NCBI RefSeq assembly: GCF_006345805.1 | Contig: NC_043002.1 | Coordinates: forward strand, 75,764,001-75,828,000 | Direction of reading: 5' to 3' | Length of the DNA: 64,000 bases | DNA from: Octopus sinensis | Taxonomy: Eukaryota | Shown: one piece after another, positions 24,551 to 36,025 of the stretch | How positions within the stretch are numbered: position 1 is the first letter of the stretch | Layout: every line of letters starts with the position of its first letter | Made by a program: the position numbers and the translations under genes | The notes under the pieces: model-generated | What the model was told of the DNA's origin: nothing | What the model saw: only the letters and a program-made list of their open reading frames with translations | Database searches by the model: none

Positions 24551-24789
24551 TATGTACACACACACACAGAAGTACTTAATACAAATGTAGACTGCAGTGT
24601 TTGTTTAAGCCACTCCAGTGGCCCATTACTCTGGAATTACCATAGTGTGCCACTGCTTCTTCAAAGAAGTTTCATTTGATTTAAGAAGTGGTGACATTCC
24701 ATGAAAATCCTAGAAAAATTGGCCACGGAACCTGCTTAGATTATGAGTGTGATATGATCTGATCACATGTATTTTATTTCAGTGTATCT

Positions 24790-25030
24790 GTACTGGTGCC
24801 ACATAAAAAGCATTTGTGCTGGTGCCACATGAAAAGCACCAAAACCAGTGCCACTTAAAAACCACAGGTGCAGGTGCAACATATAAGCACCCAATGCACT
24901 CTAAAATGGTTGGTGTTAGGAAAGACATTCCGTTATAGAAACCATACCAAACAAATAATTGGAGCCTGGTGCAGCTCTTTGGCTAACCAGCATGAAAAAT
25001 GGACACTAAATGATGATGTATATGATGATA
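24790..25030 (+). mobile_element. Family C element
   Basis: Repeated GTGCCACATAAAAAGCA units, GGTTGGTGTTAGGAAAG, (GAT)n tail. Confidence 0.75.
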
Positions 25031-25548
25031 TACACATACGTGCACACATGCACCCAAGGTCAGTAAAATGGAGTATCAATAAAAACATATATTGGTTACA
25101 TATAAAATGCTATAATAAAAGTGAATGTAATATTTTTGAATGTGTTTTTAATGGTTTCAATGAATCTATCACAATACTATCATCATGTGTGTGTGTGTAT
25201 GTCTGTTTGTTCTTTATAAATCATATTTCATAAAAACTAACCTTCTCATATTTCTGTCTGTGTTTTAATTTTTTTTTTATTTTTTATTCCAGTTGTATAT
25301 ATTCCCGCTCATACTTGGCATTGAACTTCTATTTTTATTTTTTTACCTCTCTTCTAGATACATCCGTGCTCAAAAGTGCAACGAGAGATTGTCACTGACT
25401 GGCGACAGCAACCTAAAGAAAACCAACAGAGATGTTTGGTAGGTGTCAACAAGCTTCATTTTTATGAATTAAAAAAAAAATCACATGGAAAAAAAATGAT
25501 TCCTCTGTCCACTTTTCACTCTCCAATAAAAATTTTTACAACACAGGC

Positions 25549-25710
25549 ACAGGAGTGGCTGTGTGGTAAGTAGCTTGTTTACCAATCACATGGTTCCGGG
25601 TTCAGTCCCACTGCGTGGCACCTTGGGCATGTGTCTTCTTCTATAGCCTCAGGCCGACCAAAGCCTTGTGAGTGGATTTGGTAGATGGAAACTGAAAGAA
25701 GCCCGTCATA

Positions 25711-25753
<43 letters not shown>

Positions 25754-26263
25754 ATATATATAAAACTGTAGTTGTGTGAGTGTCTGTCCCCTTCGATTTA
25801 GATTCCTAACTACTCCCACATTTTGCGGTGCAGTTTAACCAAATTCGGGTATCTTATAGTCGTGATTCATATCGGGCCTGTCTGAGTATTAGCGCGCGTC
25901 TACGATGAGTCTACGATTTAAAAAATAATTTAACATCATTTTTTATTCCATTTTAATGCATAATTTTTCGTGTGTCGATGGTGGCGGAGTTAGCGTACAT
26001 GGTCACACGTGCACCTGTTTGCTTCTCCCCCTTCTTCCCTCCCTCGTGAAGCTGTGGGGAAGGGAGTGTAAGGAAATCAACGTCGTAAAGCGTTGTCAAG
26101 GAGACCAGCGTTCTTTTAGAACAACGACTTCATGGCTTGAAGACACCAAAACAGAAATGGCTAAGAAAGCCCGAATTGGCATCTATAAGGGAAGTAACTC
26201 TCTAAAAATGCTTATATAGTTATTTTCCTTACAAACCCGAGCAACGCCGGGCGATACTGCTAG

Positions 26264-26294
<31 letters not shown>

Positions 26295-26500
26295 ATGTAT
26301 GTGTGTCTGTGTTTGTCCCCCTAACATTGCTTGACAACCAATGCTGGTGTGCTAATGTCCCCATCACTTAGCAGTTCGGTAAAACAGACCGATAGAATAA
26401 GTACTGGGCTTACAAAGAATAAGTCCCGGGGTCGAGTTGCTCGATTAAAGGCGGTGCTCTAGCATGGCCGCAGTCAAATGACTGAAACAAGTAAAAGAGT
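25549..26500 (+). mobile_element. SINE family A interrupted by a Helitron
   Basis: Head/core 25549-25710 and tail 26290-26500 flank the insert. Confidence 0.88.
25751..26263 (+). mobile_element. Non-autonomous Helitron (513 bp)
   Basis: A|TCTATATATATAAAA 5' end; hairpin CCCGAGCAACGCCGGG 26236-26251; CTAG|T 3' end; no TSD; CpG-rich. Confidence 0.9.
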
Positions 26501-26559
26501 AGAGTAACACAAGAAAGAAAAGAAAGCTTAAAAGTGATTCTCTTTCTTTAAGCACTCAC

Positions 26560-26593
<34 letters not shown>

Positions 26594-26899
26594 CTATTAT
26601 ATAGCACCCTCCAGTGAAAAGAATGTGTATTTCTCTTATTGTTGAAGACCTCACTCTGGTACTATCCTTATGTGAATATATTGAAGGGTGGGTAAGTGCA
26701 ATGAAAGGGGCCACTGAATGCAAAAATCAGAGAATAGTGTTTGGAGTGGGCACATCTCTGTGGTGCTCAAGGTGATCTTGAATCTCTAGGATTCCTCAAT
26801 TTGCTCTTAAGTATTTAGAGGAATGCAACATCACCATTTTTCATTATTTATATACCAGTATTTCACCTGTTGCTATTTTCTTAGTAGTGTTTCATTTGT

Positions 26900-27030
26900 T
26901 GCTACATTCTGAGTTCAAATTCCACCAAGGTCAACTTTGCCTTTCATCCTTTCGGGGTCAATAAATTAAGTACCAGTGAAACACTGGGGTCAATGTAATC
27001 GACTTAATCCCCTCCTGCAAGCGGCCTTTG
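26900..27030 (+). mobile_element. SINE family B, partial
   Basis: GAGTTCAAATTCCACCAAGGTCAACTTTGCCTTTCATCC core. Confidence 0.8.
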
Positions 27031-27221
27031 TGGCATAAATTTGTATACCACGTGTACTTCTATTTCATGTTTTTTTATTGTTTTTCTTTTGTTCCTCATT
27101 CAATCTTCTGTATAAATCACCACACTGTCTTACATCCCTTTATATTATTCCTCCTAATCTGTCACTCTCATGGTAGACAAAAGAAATTATTATTATTATT
27201 ATTAATATTATTAGTGGAGGC

Positions 27222-27470
27222 ACATGGCTTAGTGGTTAGGGTGTTGGACTCACTATTGTAAGATTGTAGTTTCGATTTCTGGACCAGGTGACACATTGTG
27301 TTCTTGAGCAAAACACTTCATTTCACATTGCTCCAGTTCACTCAGAAGGCAAAAGTGAGTAATCCTGTGATGGACTGGTGTTCCATCCAGGTGGGGAATA
27401 TATACACCATAAAAATTGGAAAACCAGCCCTTATGAGATTACATGACTCCAGAAGGAACTTTACTTTTTA
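27222..27470 (+). mobile_element. SINE family D (tRNA head, CORE-like centre)
   Basis: A-box TGGCTTAGTGG, B-box GTTTCGATTTC, GTTCTTGAGCAAAACACTT core. Confidence 0.78.
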
Positions 27471-27497
27471 TCATCATCATCATCAAGGGTGTGTACT

Positions 27498-27720
27498 GGC
27501 AGCATCATTAGCATGTTGGAAAAAACTGCTTAGTGATATTTTGCCCATCTTTTCAATCTGAGTTCAAATTCCACTGAGGCTGACTTTGTCTTTCATCCTT
27601 TTGAGGTCAGTGAAATAAGGACCAGTTGAGCACTGGGGTCAGTGTAACTGACCTACTTCCACCTTGGAACTGCTGGCCTTGTACCAAAATCCAAAACCAT
27701 TATCATCATTATTATTATTA

Positions 27721-27766
<46 letters not shown>

Positions 27767-27990
27767 GCAGGGAACTGACTGAATTATTAGAACTTCAGAC
27801 ATTACACATTTATTGGCATTTCTTCCAGATTTATGTTCTTATTTCAAATCCCACTGAGTTCAACTTTGCCTTTCATTCTCCACAAGGTTGATAAAAATAA
27901 AGCACCATTGAAGCACTGGAGTTGATGATAATGACTAACCCTCTCTCTCCTCTAAAATGTTGACCTTGTACCTAAATTGAAAACAGTTGT
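27498..27990 (+). mobile_element. Two successive family B SINE copies separated by (ATT)n
   Basis: Cores at about 27560-27640 and 27835-27920. Confidence 0.75.
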
Positions 27991-28219
27991 TGTTGTTGTT
28001 GATGTCATTTGCCAGTACCAGACATCTGTAACACAGCTCCTAAAAGAAATAGAATTTTGTCACATTTCATTTCCTAGACTATTTGTATTTTATCATTGAG
28101 GTTGGTTTATTGCATTTTGGAACCTTTGAGTATCCACACTGTTTGCCTAAGGGTAAAATATTGCTTTTGGACATATGTATTTCCTTTTGTTTTATAAACT
28201 TTCATTTACTTGTGTAAAC

Positions 28220-28800
28220 AATATGGCTTCTTTGTCTGGAGAAGTGGTAGGAGGTAGTAACTGCAAAGGATGTAGCAGCATATGTACTTCCTAGGTTTTT
28301 AAAGAAAATTTCATTGAAAATTATGAAAATAAAAACACAGACTGTTAAAAAAAAAAAAAGGACAAGCAAAGAAAAAAAAGTTTATGACAATTAGACTAAC
28401 AAATGGAATTGCAAACACAAACATTGATTCTCTGAAAAATACACAGAAACACACATAAACGGACATATTTGTAATGTAAACAGAGACTGGCAATAACCAA
28501 AATTTGTATAATGCAAACAATAGCGAAAATAGCTTTGCCAGTGTTGTGAGCCATTGAGGAACTGTGAACTTAGAGCCATTTCCTACTACTGCAACTACTC
28601 AAAATTACAATGCAGTTGAAGTATGTCATGAAAAACTTTGTCATCTTGCCTGAAAGTTTTATATAAGAAGCAAAAGTAAGGAGAAAAAGTGGCATACCCT
28701 GAGCTTTCAGTGTATCCCCAGAGAAGCAATTAAAGAAAGCTGTGACCAATGTGCAGCCAAGAAACCTGTAAAAAGATATGTCTCTCTTTCTCTAGAACAC
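28220..28800 (+). pseudogene. Ginger/gypsy-type integrase N-terminal relic
   Basis: 28615-28770 reads VEVCHEKLCHLA*KFYIRSKSKEKKWHTLSFQCIPREAIKESCDQCAAKKP, an H-x4-H-x32-C-x2-C motif; broken frames upstream; cut by the SINE at 28803. Confidence 0.55.
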
Positions 28801-28802
28801 TA

Positions 28803-28979
28803 CTCTTTTACTTGTTTCAGACATTTGACTGTGGCCATGCTGGAGTACCACTTTTAGTCAAGCAAATCGACCCCAGGACTTATTCTTTGTTAGCCTAGTA
28901 CTTATTCTATTGGTCTCTTTTGCCGAACCGCTAAGTTACGGGGACATAAACACACCAGCATCATTTATCAAGTAATATT

Positions 28980-29026
<47 letters not shown>

Positions 29027-29183
29027 CGACAAGCTTCTTTCAGTTTCCATCTACCAAATCCACTCACAAGGCTTTGGTCAGCCCTAGGCTATAACAGAAG
29101 ACACTTGCCTAAAGTGCCACGCAGTGGGACTGAACCTGGTACCATGTGGTTGGTAAGCAAGCTACTTTCCACACAGCCACTCC
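28803..29183 (-). mobile_element. SINE family A, full length
   Basis: Complete reverse match with internal (CA)n. Confidence 0.9.
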
Positions 29184-29214
29184 AGTAGTTCCAAAATTTC
29201 AAATCCACCTCCCT

Positions 29215-29505
29215 CCCTTAGCTGAAAGGTCTTTGTCTTGCAAGCTACTTGGCTTGGTAAACCCACAGGTACCCTGTGAAAAGCACCCGTGTTGGTATCA
29301 GATGCCACATAGAAAGCACCCATGCTGGTGCAATGTAAAACGCACCCAGTACACTCTGTAAAGTGGTTGGCATTCGGAAGGGCATCCTGCCATAGAAACC
29401 ATGCAAAAACGTACAAATGGAGCTGGTGTAGCTCTCCTGCTTGCCCGCTCCTGTCAAACCATCCAACCCATGCCAGCATGGAGAACAGATGTTAAATGAT
29501 GATGT
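29215..29505 (+). mobile_element. Family C element
   Basis: GTCTTGCAAG..., AAAAGCACCC units, GTGGTTGGCATTCGGAAGGGCATCC, (GAT)n. Confidence 0.8.
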
Positions 29506-30452
29506 TGTGCACCATAGCATGTTGATGTTCTGTGAAATGTAGCATGTTAAGCCGGAAAAATAATAATTTCTAATTTAGGTGCAAGATCAGCAATCGGGTG
29601 AGCTAGCACTATCAACCCTCAGTATTTGATTTGAACTTCATTTTATTCAACCCCAAAGGCATGAAAGAAGAAAAATACCCCCAGTGGGATTTAAACTCAG
29701 AATATAAAGAACCAGAACAAATACCACAAGGCATTTTTAACTATGATCTGATGATTCTGTCACTGCACCACCCTTACACCACAAAAGTCATAAAATTTTA
29801 TTTATAATATCTGAAAACCATGAGTTGAAATTCTAAATGTATTGTCTGTTAATTATTTTGTTTATTGAATGTAGAAGTACTTTATAATTTTCTGTTGCTT
29901 AAATTATTTATATTTATAGGTTAAAATATATAAATACTATCTTTTGTATACATATTTTTCCTATTACATTTCATTTATCTAGTAGAGATTACAGTTTTTA
30001 ATAATCAGTTCTGTTAGCAGCAGTATAACAACTAACTCGTTAATTGTTTTCCTGTTCCACTTCCTCACCTACCTTGCCGCCTATTATTTTTTTTTCCTTT
30101 TTGTCCAGGTCTTGTTTTTATAGTGTCACTAATTAGCATGTAATAATGCTTATAATTATAAACATTGCAAATCTTAGTGTAAAGATGGATGGAAGATGAA
30201 ATTTTTTTTTTTTTTTCGTTCACCCCCACTTCTCCAATGTTTGCCTCTGAAACCTTGCTTTGTCTCAGGAGTTGAGTTGCTAAGAGACTGCATTCTACTC
30301 CCGAAGACATAAATTAATATGTAAATAAAAATAAAAATAAAACCCAGAAAAATGTGGACTATAGAAAAGGAAACACATTGGGAATAGTTGCAAGGCAGAA
30401 TGATATAACGTTTGTTTTGCATTAGATCGCTGGTACTATTGTTGGTATAGCT

Positions 30453-30491
<39 letters not shown>

Positions 30492-30603
30492 TTAAAAGTA
30501 GTGGTGGTGATGGTATGGTGGAGATATGGAGGTGGTTTTAGTTGTCATTGAGTAGAATCTGATCATAATCTAGTCCGAGTAGAGTTAACCTTTTTTACAA
30601 TAG

Positions 30604-30719
30604 ATGTCACCAGTGTCGTGAAATGTTGCTGCCGAGAACTGATGAAGAAATATATTCCAGTGCCGTTTAGTTGCTTTATCATTAAGACTCTTTTGATAAG
30701 TCGAGAATGTTTTGATTGA
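30604..30719. CDS. Candidate coding segment, strand and frame unresolved
   Basis: CpG-rich unique stretch. + acceptor TTTTTTACAATAG gives CHQCREMLLPRTDEEIYSSAV*; minus strand is also open (SLNDKATKRHWNIFLHQFSAATFHDTGDIYCKK). Confidence 0.25.
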
Positions 30720-31507
30720 AAATATTTCCACTGCTTTGTATCAATACTGCCTCTACACCTCCACAGCCACCACCACCAGCAATGACAACACCAACAGCAA
30801 CAACAGCAGGCCTAGAACTGTTAATTGCTTCCACCAATTCATGCTATTAATTTCTCAACACTGCAAACATGTAAAGCAATGTTTTCGTTTAGGCTTAATA
30901 TTGCCTTTCTTAATTAAAGAGTGATTAGAAAAGACCAGCGGGTTTCATATGAGAGTAGGGTGGGTGGAGAGTGGATTTTATTTTTGTGTCGGGAGATGGG
31001 ACATTTATTTTCTTGTGTAATGGTCATTTTCTTTTATTCCATTTTTACCAATTTTCTATTTGTTTTCATATTATTATTTTCCTTCTCGGGGGCTGTTTTC
31101 ATTTCACCTCTTCTTTTGTTTCCTTTAAGGAATCTCACATTATACAAGTGTGTGTGTGATGTGGTGTTGGTGTGGAAGATGTGTTGTGCAATGTCATTTG
31201 AAATTCCTTAACTTTGGTTAATTATAACAGCTGTATCAATTTCTCTGTTTGAGAGAAATAATTACTATTATGGTCAGTTGGTGTCGCAGTGATTCCAGTC
31301 TTGAAGTGTTCTACCTCCATACTTACCCACCTGCTTTTTAATTATCATTCTATTTGTCTTTATCTTCTACTTGTTTCACTCATTGGACTGCAGCCATACC
31401 TGGGCACTGCCTTGAAGTATTTGGGGGAATAAATCAACCCCAGCACTTATTTTATTGGTGTCTTTTGCTGAACTGCTAAGTTACAGAACTTAAACAAAAC
31501 AACACCA

Positions 31508-31825
31508 TATTATTTACATTATTTACATTTTATGGATATTTGTCCTCATCTTGGTTTGCTGGGCATATGGCTTAGTGGTTAAGAGCGCGGGCTACTAACC
31601 CTTGATTCTGAGTTTGATTCCAGGCAGTGACCTGAATAATAATAATAAAATCGAAAAATACCTTAGGAATGAGAACTCAGGTTTGAAGTTTTCCCAAGAC
31701 ACCTGATATGAAGGCTGGAGAGCATATCAGCTGAAACGTTGTGTTAGCAACAAACAAGATGAGGACAAATATCTGCCAAATGTAAATAATGTACATAATT
31801 CCTCATCTCTTAAATATAGAACTGT
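31508..31825 (+). mobile_element. Family F: tRNA-Arg-like-headed retroposon with Penelope-type tail
   Basis: A-box TGGCTTAGTGG 31568, B-box GAGTTTGATTCC 31610; 12-bp TSD AAAACAACACCA (31496-31507, 31826-31837); 31508-31560 is an inverted copy of tail 31746-31797. Confidence 0.85.
31698..31745 (+). ncRNA. Minimal type I hammerhead-like motif (core CUGAUAUGA)
   Basis: Helix I GACAC/GTGTT; CTGATATGA-A; helix II GGCTG/CAGCT; GAAACGTT with palindromic ACGT; predicted cut after 31740. Confidence 0.55.
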
Positions 31826-32032
31826 AAAACAACACCAGTTTTCAAGTGTTAGTGGTGAGGGACAAAGACATACACCTGCATACATACATATATACATACA
31901 TTAAAGGCTTTTACACAGTTTTCATGTACTAAATTCACTCGTACAGCATTGATCAACCTGGAGCTTATAGTAGAAGACACTTACCCAAGGTGCCACACAG
32001 TGGAACTGAATATCAATAGCAATAATAATAAA

Positions 32033-32550
32033 TGCCCCAATGCAGTGCATGGCAGTGGCTCTCATGGCTTCTGATCTTAACTGATTGGAAGTGTTAATAT
32101 CTACATGTTTTGTCTTGGTGCTACAGCAAATATTCTGCTCAATATTGTAGATTTGCTTGTCAGTTGCTTGCCCATAACCGGTTAAGTCCCTTGGTGGCTG
32201 ATGATATGTGCATCTCTGATCATAAAAAGGAGCAGTGGGGGAGCAACATCACCGTGTGTCGAGAGGAATTCTTTGGTGTTTGAATAATTCACCTCTGGAA
32301 ATATGGGTGTTTCATTTATCTTTAAACAACCCTTATTCAGGGACCTTTTGAGCTGGGAAATTTGAACTAGGCCCCACCTGCAAGTTCATGTGCTGTTTAT
32401 CTTGATATGAGATCACCATGTCATGCACATATGGTAGTGATGCATGTGCCTGGTGTACCCTTATTAGATGGGTAGTCATGATGGGTATATTGGGCTTCGT
32501 ATATTTGTATCCCAGCATCACTTTGATGGCACATACTGCTTTCTCACTCA
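32033..32550. mobile_element. Family G: 518-bp unclassified element embedded in (AAT)n
   Basis: TG...CA ends, (AAT)n on both sides, inverted homologue at 53297-53777. Confidence 0.75.
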
Positions 32551-32639
32551 ATAATAATAATAATAATAAATAGCAATGATAATATTTATAATAGTAATAA
32601 ATAAATAAATAGGCATAGGAGTGGCTGTGTGGTAAATAT

Positions 32640-33040
32640 AGGCATTGGAGTGGCTGTGTGGTAAGTAGCTTGCTTACGAATCACATGGTTCCGGGTTCAG
32701 TCCCACTGTGTGGCGCAGTGTCTTCTGCTATAGCCTTGGGCCGACCAAGCCTTGTGCGCGGATTTGGTAGACGGAAACTGAAGGAGGCCCGTTGTATATA
32801 TGTATATATATATATACACATATGTATGTGTGTATATGTTTGTGTGTCTGTGTTTGTCCCCCCAACATTGATTGACAACCGATGCTGGTGTGTTTACATC
32901 CCCATAACTTAGCGGTTCGATAAAAGAGACTGATAGAATATGTACTAGGCTTACAAAGAATTAGTCCTGGGGTCGATTTGCTCAACTAAAGGCGGTGCTC
33001 CAGCATGTCCACAGTCAAATGACTGAAACAAATGACTGAA
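32640..33040 (+). mobile_element. SINE family A, full length, with duplicated head start
   Basis: GGCATAGGAGTGGCTGTGTGGTAA occurs twice (32611 and 32641). Confidence 0.9.
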
Positions 33041-34037
33041 AGGGTAAATAAAATTTATAAACTGTATCTCTGCTCAGCAGCCTTGAAACACCTGGGTTTT
33101 GATCTCACAACCAATGATCTGGTACATTGATTGAGAATTCATGAAAAAAGATTTTATTATAATCTTGTTGCCATAATACCTTATATATATTTTTTTTTTA
33201 TGTTGATCAGTGTAGATAAATCAGTGCATAAGTATTGACTAATTGTGTACTCATCATCATCCCACCACCACCACCACCACTACAACCACCTCTCTTGTGC
33301 ATGACTGAACAATGTTCATGGTGATAATAGTATCATGCATTGTTAAATAATGCATAACCACGCCTTGTTGTTATGTCATTATGTATGTTCATGCAGAAAG
33401 CAAACTTGTAAACGTGGTTTAATGGGTATAGGCCATACTTGTGTGGTTGAAAACTTTGCTTCACAACCATGTGGCTTCTGGTTCAATCTCACTACATGCC
33501 ACTTTGGACAAGTGTCTTCTGCTATGGTCAATATCTTGTTTTGTATGTGCTTGCCAAAAAAAAAAAAAATCTTAAAACCAAATATACAAACAATTTAAAT
33601 GAATGTTATATATAAGTTACATTCTTTATACTCTCTCTATCATTTTCTACCTCCTTCAATTTCTCTCTCACTATCTATTTTCTATGCTATCTATCATGCC
33701 CCACCTCTTTCTCTCTCTCTCGCTCTCCCCCCTCCCTCTCTCTCACTACTGTTTCTCTACCTTGTCCTCTTCAGTCTTACCAAACACATACACAATCTGA
33801 TCCCGGTTACTTATTTCTCACCCTACTCCAGTAGAATCTCATTCTGCAATGTTGCTATTGGTAACATCAGAGAATCAAACCAACTCAAGTTGATGGAAAA
33901 AGATGTTTACCTACAACTATTAACCTCACTTTTGTTACGTTGAATATTAAAGCAATTTATCGATAGTTGGCAAAGTCAAAGAGGTTACACTTCCTGGGGA
34001 TGTGACACACTGTAATATCATCATAGTTCACTTGCAG

Positions 34038-34097
34038 AGTAATCCCAGTGGAGAAATGGTGTGTACAAGGATTCCACAAAATTGGTAGAAATTCTTG
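34038..34097 (+). CDS. Candidate internal exon (VIPVEKWCVQGFHKIGRNS)
   Basis: TTCACTTGCAG acceptor, TTG|GTAAGC donor, 60 nt, phase 2-2, only one open frame. Confidence 0.35.
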
Positions 34098-34159
34098 GTA
34101 AGCAGGAAAGCTTGCAGAATGGGCAATAAATGATGATACTTTTTGTTTCATGTGAAATA

Positions 34160-34580
34160 GGCATGGCTATGTGATAGAATTTTGCTTCCCCAACCACATG
34201 GTTCTAGGTTTAATCCCTCTAGGTGGCACCTTGGCTAAGTGTCCTCTGCTATAACCCCGAGCCAACCAATGCCTTGTGAGGGGATTTTGTAGACAGAAAT
34301 AGAAAGAAACCCATCGTATGTGTGTGTACGTGTGTGTTACTGTCTCTTTGCCTTGACATCATGTGACAGTCAAACGAACGTTACCATCACGAAAGTGGTG
34401 TCATTCATTCATCTTCCATGAGTAACATGTCTGGTCATGGAGGGAAATACATTGCCTCTCTTGGAAACAGTTGAGGGTGGGTGACAGGGAAGGTGTCCAG
34501 CTGTAGTAAATGTACCTCAACAAAATTTTATCCAACCCATTCAAGCATGGAAAATTGTTCATTAAAATGATGATGATGAT
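34160..34580 (+). mobile_element. Chimeric SINE: family A head plus RTE-type tail
   Basis: A head/core to 34320, different middle, then GGAAGGTGTCCAGCTGTAG..CCAACCCATTCAAGCATGG..(GAT)n. Confidence 0.72.
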
Positions 34581-34611
34581 GCTAATCTTTCTTGGTAAGT
34601 AGCTATAAGCG

Positions 34612-35000
34612 TTGGAGTGGCTGTGTGGTGAGTAGCTTGCTTACGAACCACATGGTTCCGGGTTCAGTCCCACTGCGTGGCACCTTGGGCAAGTGTCTTC
34701 CACTATAGCCTCGGGACGACCAAAGCCTTGTGAGTGGATTTGGTAGATGGAAACTGAAAGAAGCCCATCATATATATGTATATATATATATATGTGTGTG
34801 TTTGAGTGTCTGTGTTTTTCCCCCTCCAACATCGCTTGACAACCAATGCTGGTGTGCTTACGTCCCCTTAACATAGTGGTTTGGCAAAAGAGACCGATAC
34901 AATAAGTACTAGGCTTACAAAGAATAAGTCCTGGGATCGATTTGCTCGACTATAGGCGGTGCTCCAGCATGGCCACATTCAAATGAAACAAGTAAAATTA
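34612..35000 (+). mobile_element. SINE family A, full length
   Basis: High-identity match to family A. Confidence 0.92.
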
Positions 35001-35629
35001 AAGAGCAAGCTTTGGTTGTGGATAAAAACCAGTTGATAGGTGTGTGGGGTCTTTTTGGGGTTGTTGCAGGTGTTGTAGGCAGTGTTCTTCCCCCTCTCCT
35101 GTTGTAGTGCAGCTAAATGTGAATCATTTGGGTGATTTGAAGTTAGGCATCTTTGTTTGATGATGGATGTAGAGGGACATGCTTAATGCGCATTGTGTTG
35201 ATTAAATTTTTGCTGGCAATGTAACATGCTAATCATATGCAAATCAGTTCTAGCAACTTCTTTTATTAACCAGTAAAAAATAAAACGTGTGTATTATGTT
35301 ATGTGAAATGCGGAGAATTCCACTATCAAAAATGAGTCAACTCAGGTCCCATGAATCAAGTGCACATACATGGAACTGAGTGTAGTTGGTCCCTGTGCAA
35401 TAAAGGTTAAGAATATAGTTTTGGTCATTAATTTAGCTGCCTTGGATGAATCAAGATTGAAGCACAATTGTTGACAAAGATTGTGTAGAACTGCAGAGCT
35501 TTAACTAGTTAGCTGACATGAAGGGTCAAAAGGTCTTGGAGGTGGGGTGAATATTGTGCATTGTATTATGTGCTGGGTATATGTGGTAAAGCCAACTGAA
35601 CCTATACTAATATATTACTGGTATTCAGG

Positions 35630-35830
35630 CAGTAAGATGGCAGAATTGTTAGTGTGCTGAGCAAAATGTTTGTTGGCATATTTTGCAACTCTTTTCATTC
35701 TGAGTTCAAATCCTGCTGAAGTCAGCTTTGTTTTTCATACTTTTAGGGTTGATAAAATAAAGTTCTGGGATCAGTGTAATTACCTTGATCCCTCCCTTGA
35801 AATTTATTGGCCTCATGCCAAAATTAGAAA
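35630..35830 (+). mobile_element. SINE family B, degenerate
   Basis: GATGGCAGAAT head, GAGTTCAAATCC, core. Confidence 0.7.
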
Positions 35831-35854
35831 GAAATGTATTTGAGGTATTTATCT

Positions 35855-36025
35855 TGCCAGTGGCACAAAAAAGTACCCTGTGCTCACTGTGAGGTGGTTG
35901 GTATTAGGAAAGGGTATCCGACCATAGTAAACATGCCAAGGTTTGACACAACCTTGTGGCTTGCCAGATCTTGTAAAACCATTGAACCCATGCAAGCATG
36001 AAAAACGGGCGTATGATGATGATGA
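35855..36025 (+). mobile_element. Family C element
   Basis: GTGGTTGGTATTAGGAAAGGGTATCC..CCCATGCAAGCATGAAAAACGG(GAT)n. Confidence 0.72.

Larger units (their letters stand above)
31360..32010 (-). mobile_element. SINE family A split by a family F insertion
   Basis: Tail 31360-31507 continues at 31826-32010. Confidence 0.75.

Noticed and set aside
24641-24709. Minus-strand 69-nt exon candidate DFHGMSPLLKSNETSLKKQWHTM
   Set aside because: Isolated; within chance expectation for AT-rich DNA without supporting exons.
31561-31632. tRNA-like sequence (also 27222 and 60960-61030)
   Set aside because: No proper acceptor stem and runs into repeat bodies; these are SINE heads, not tRNA genes.
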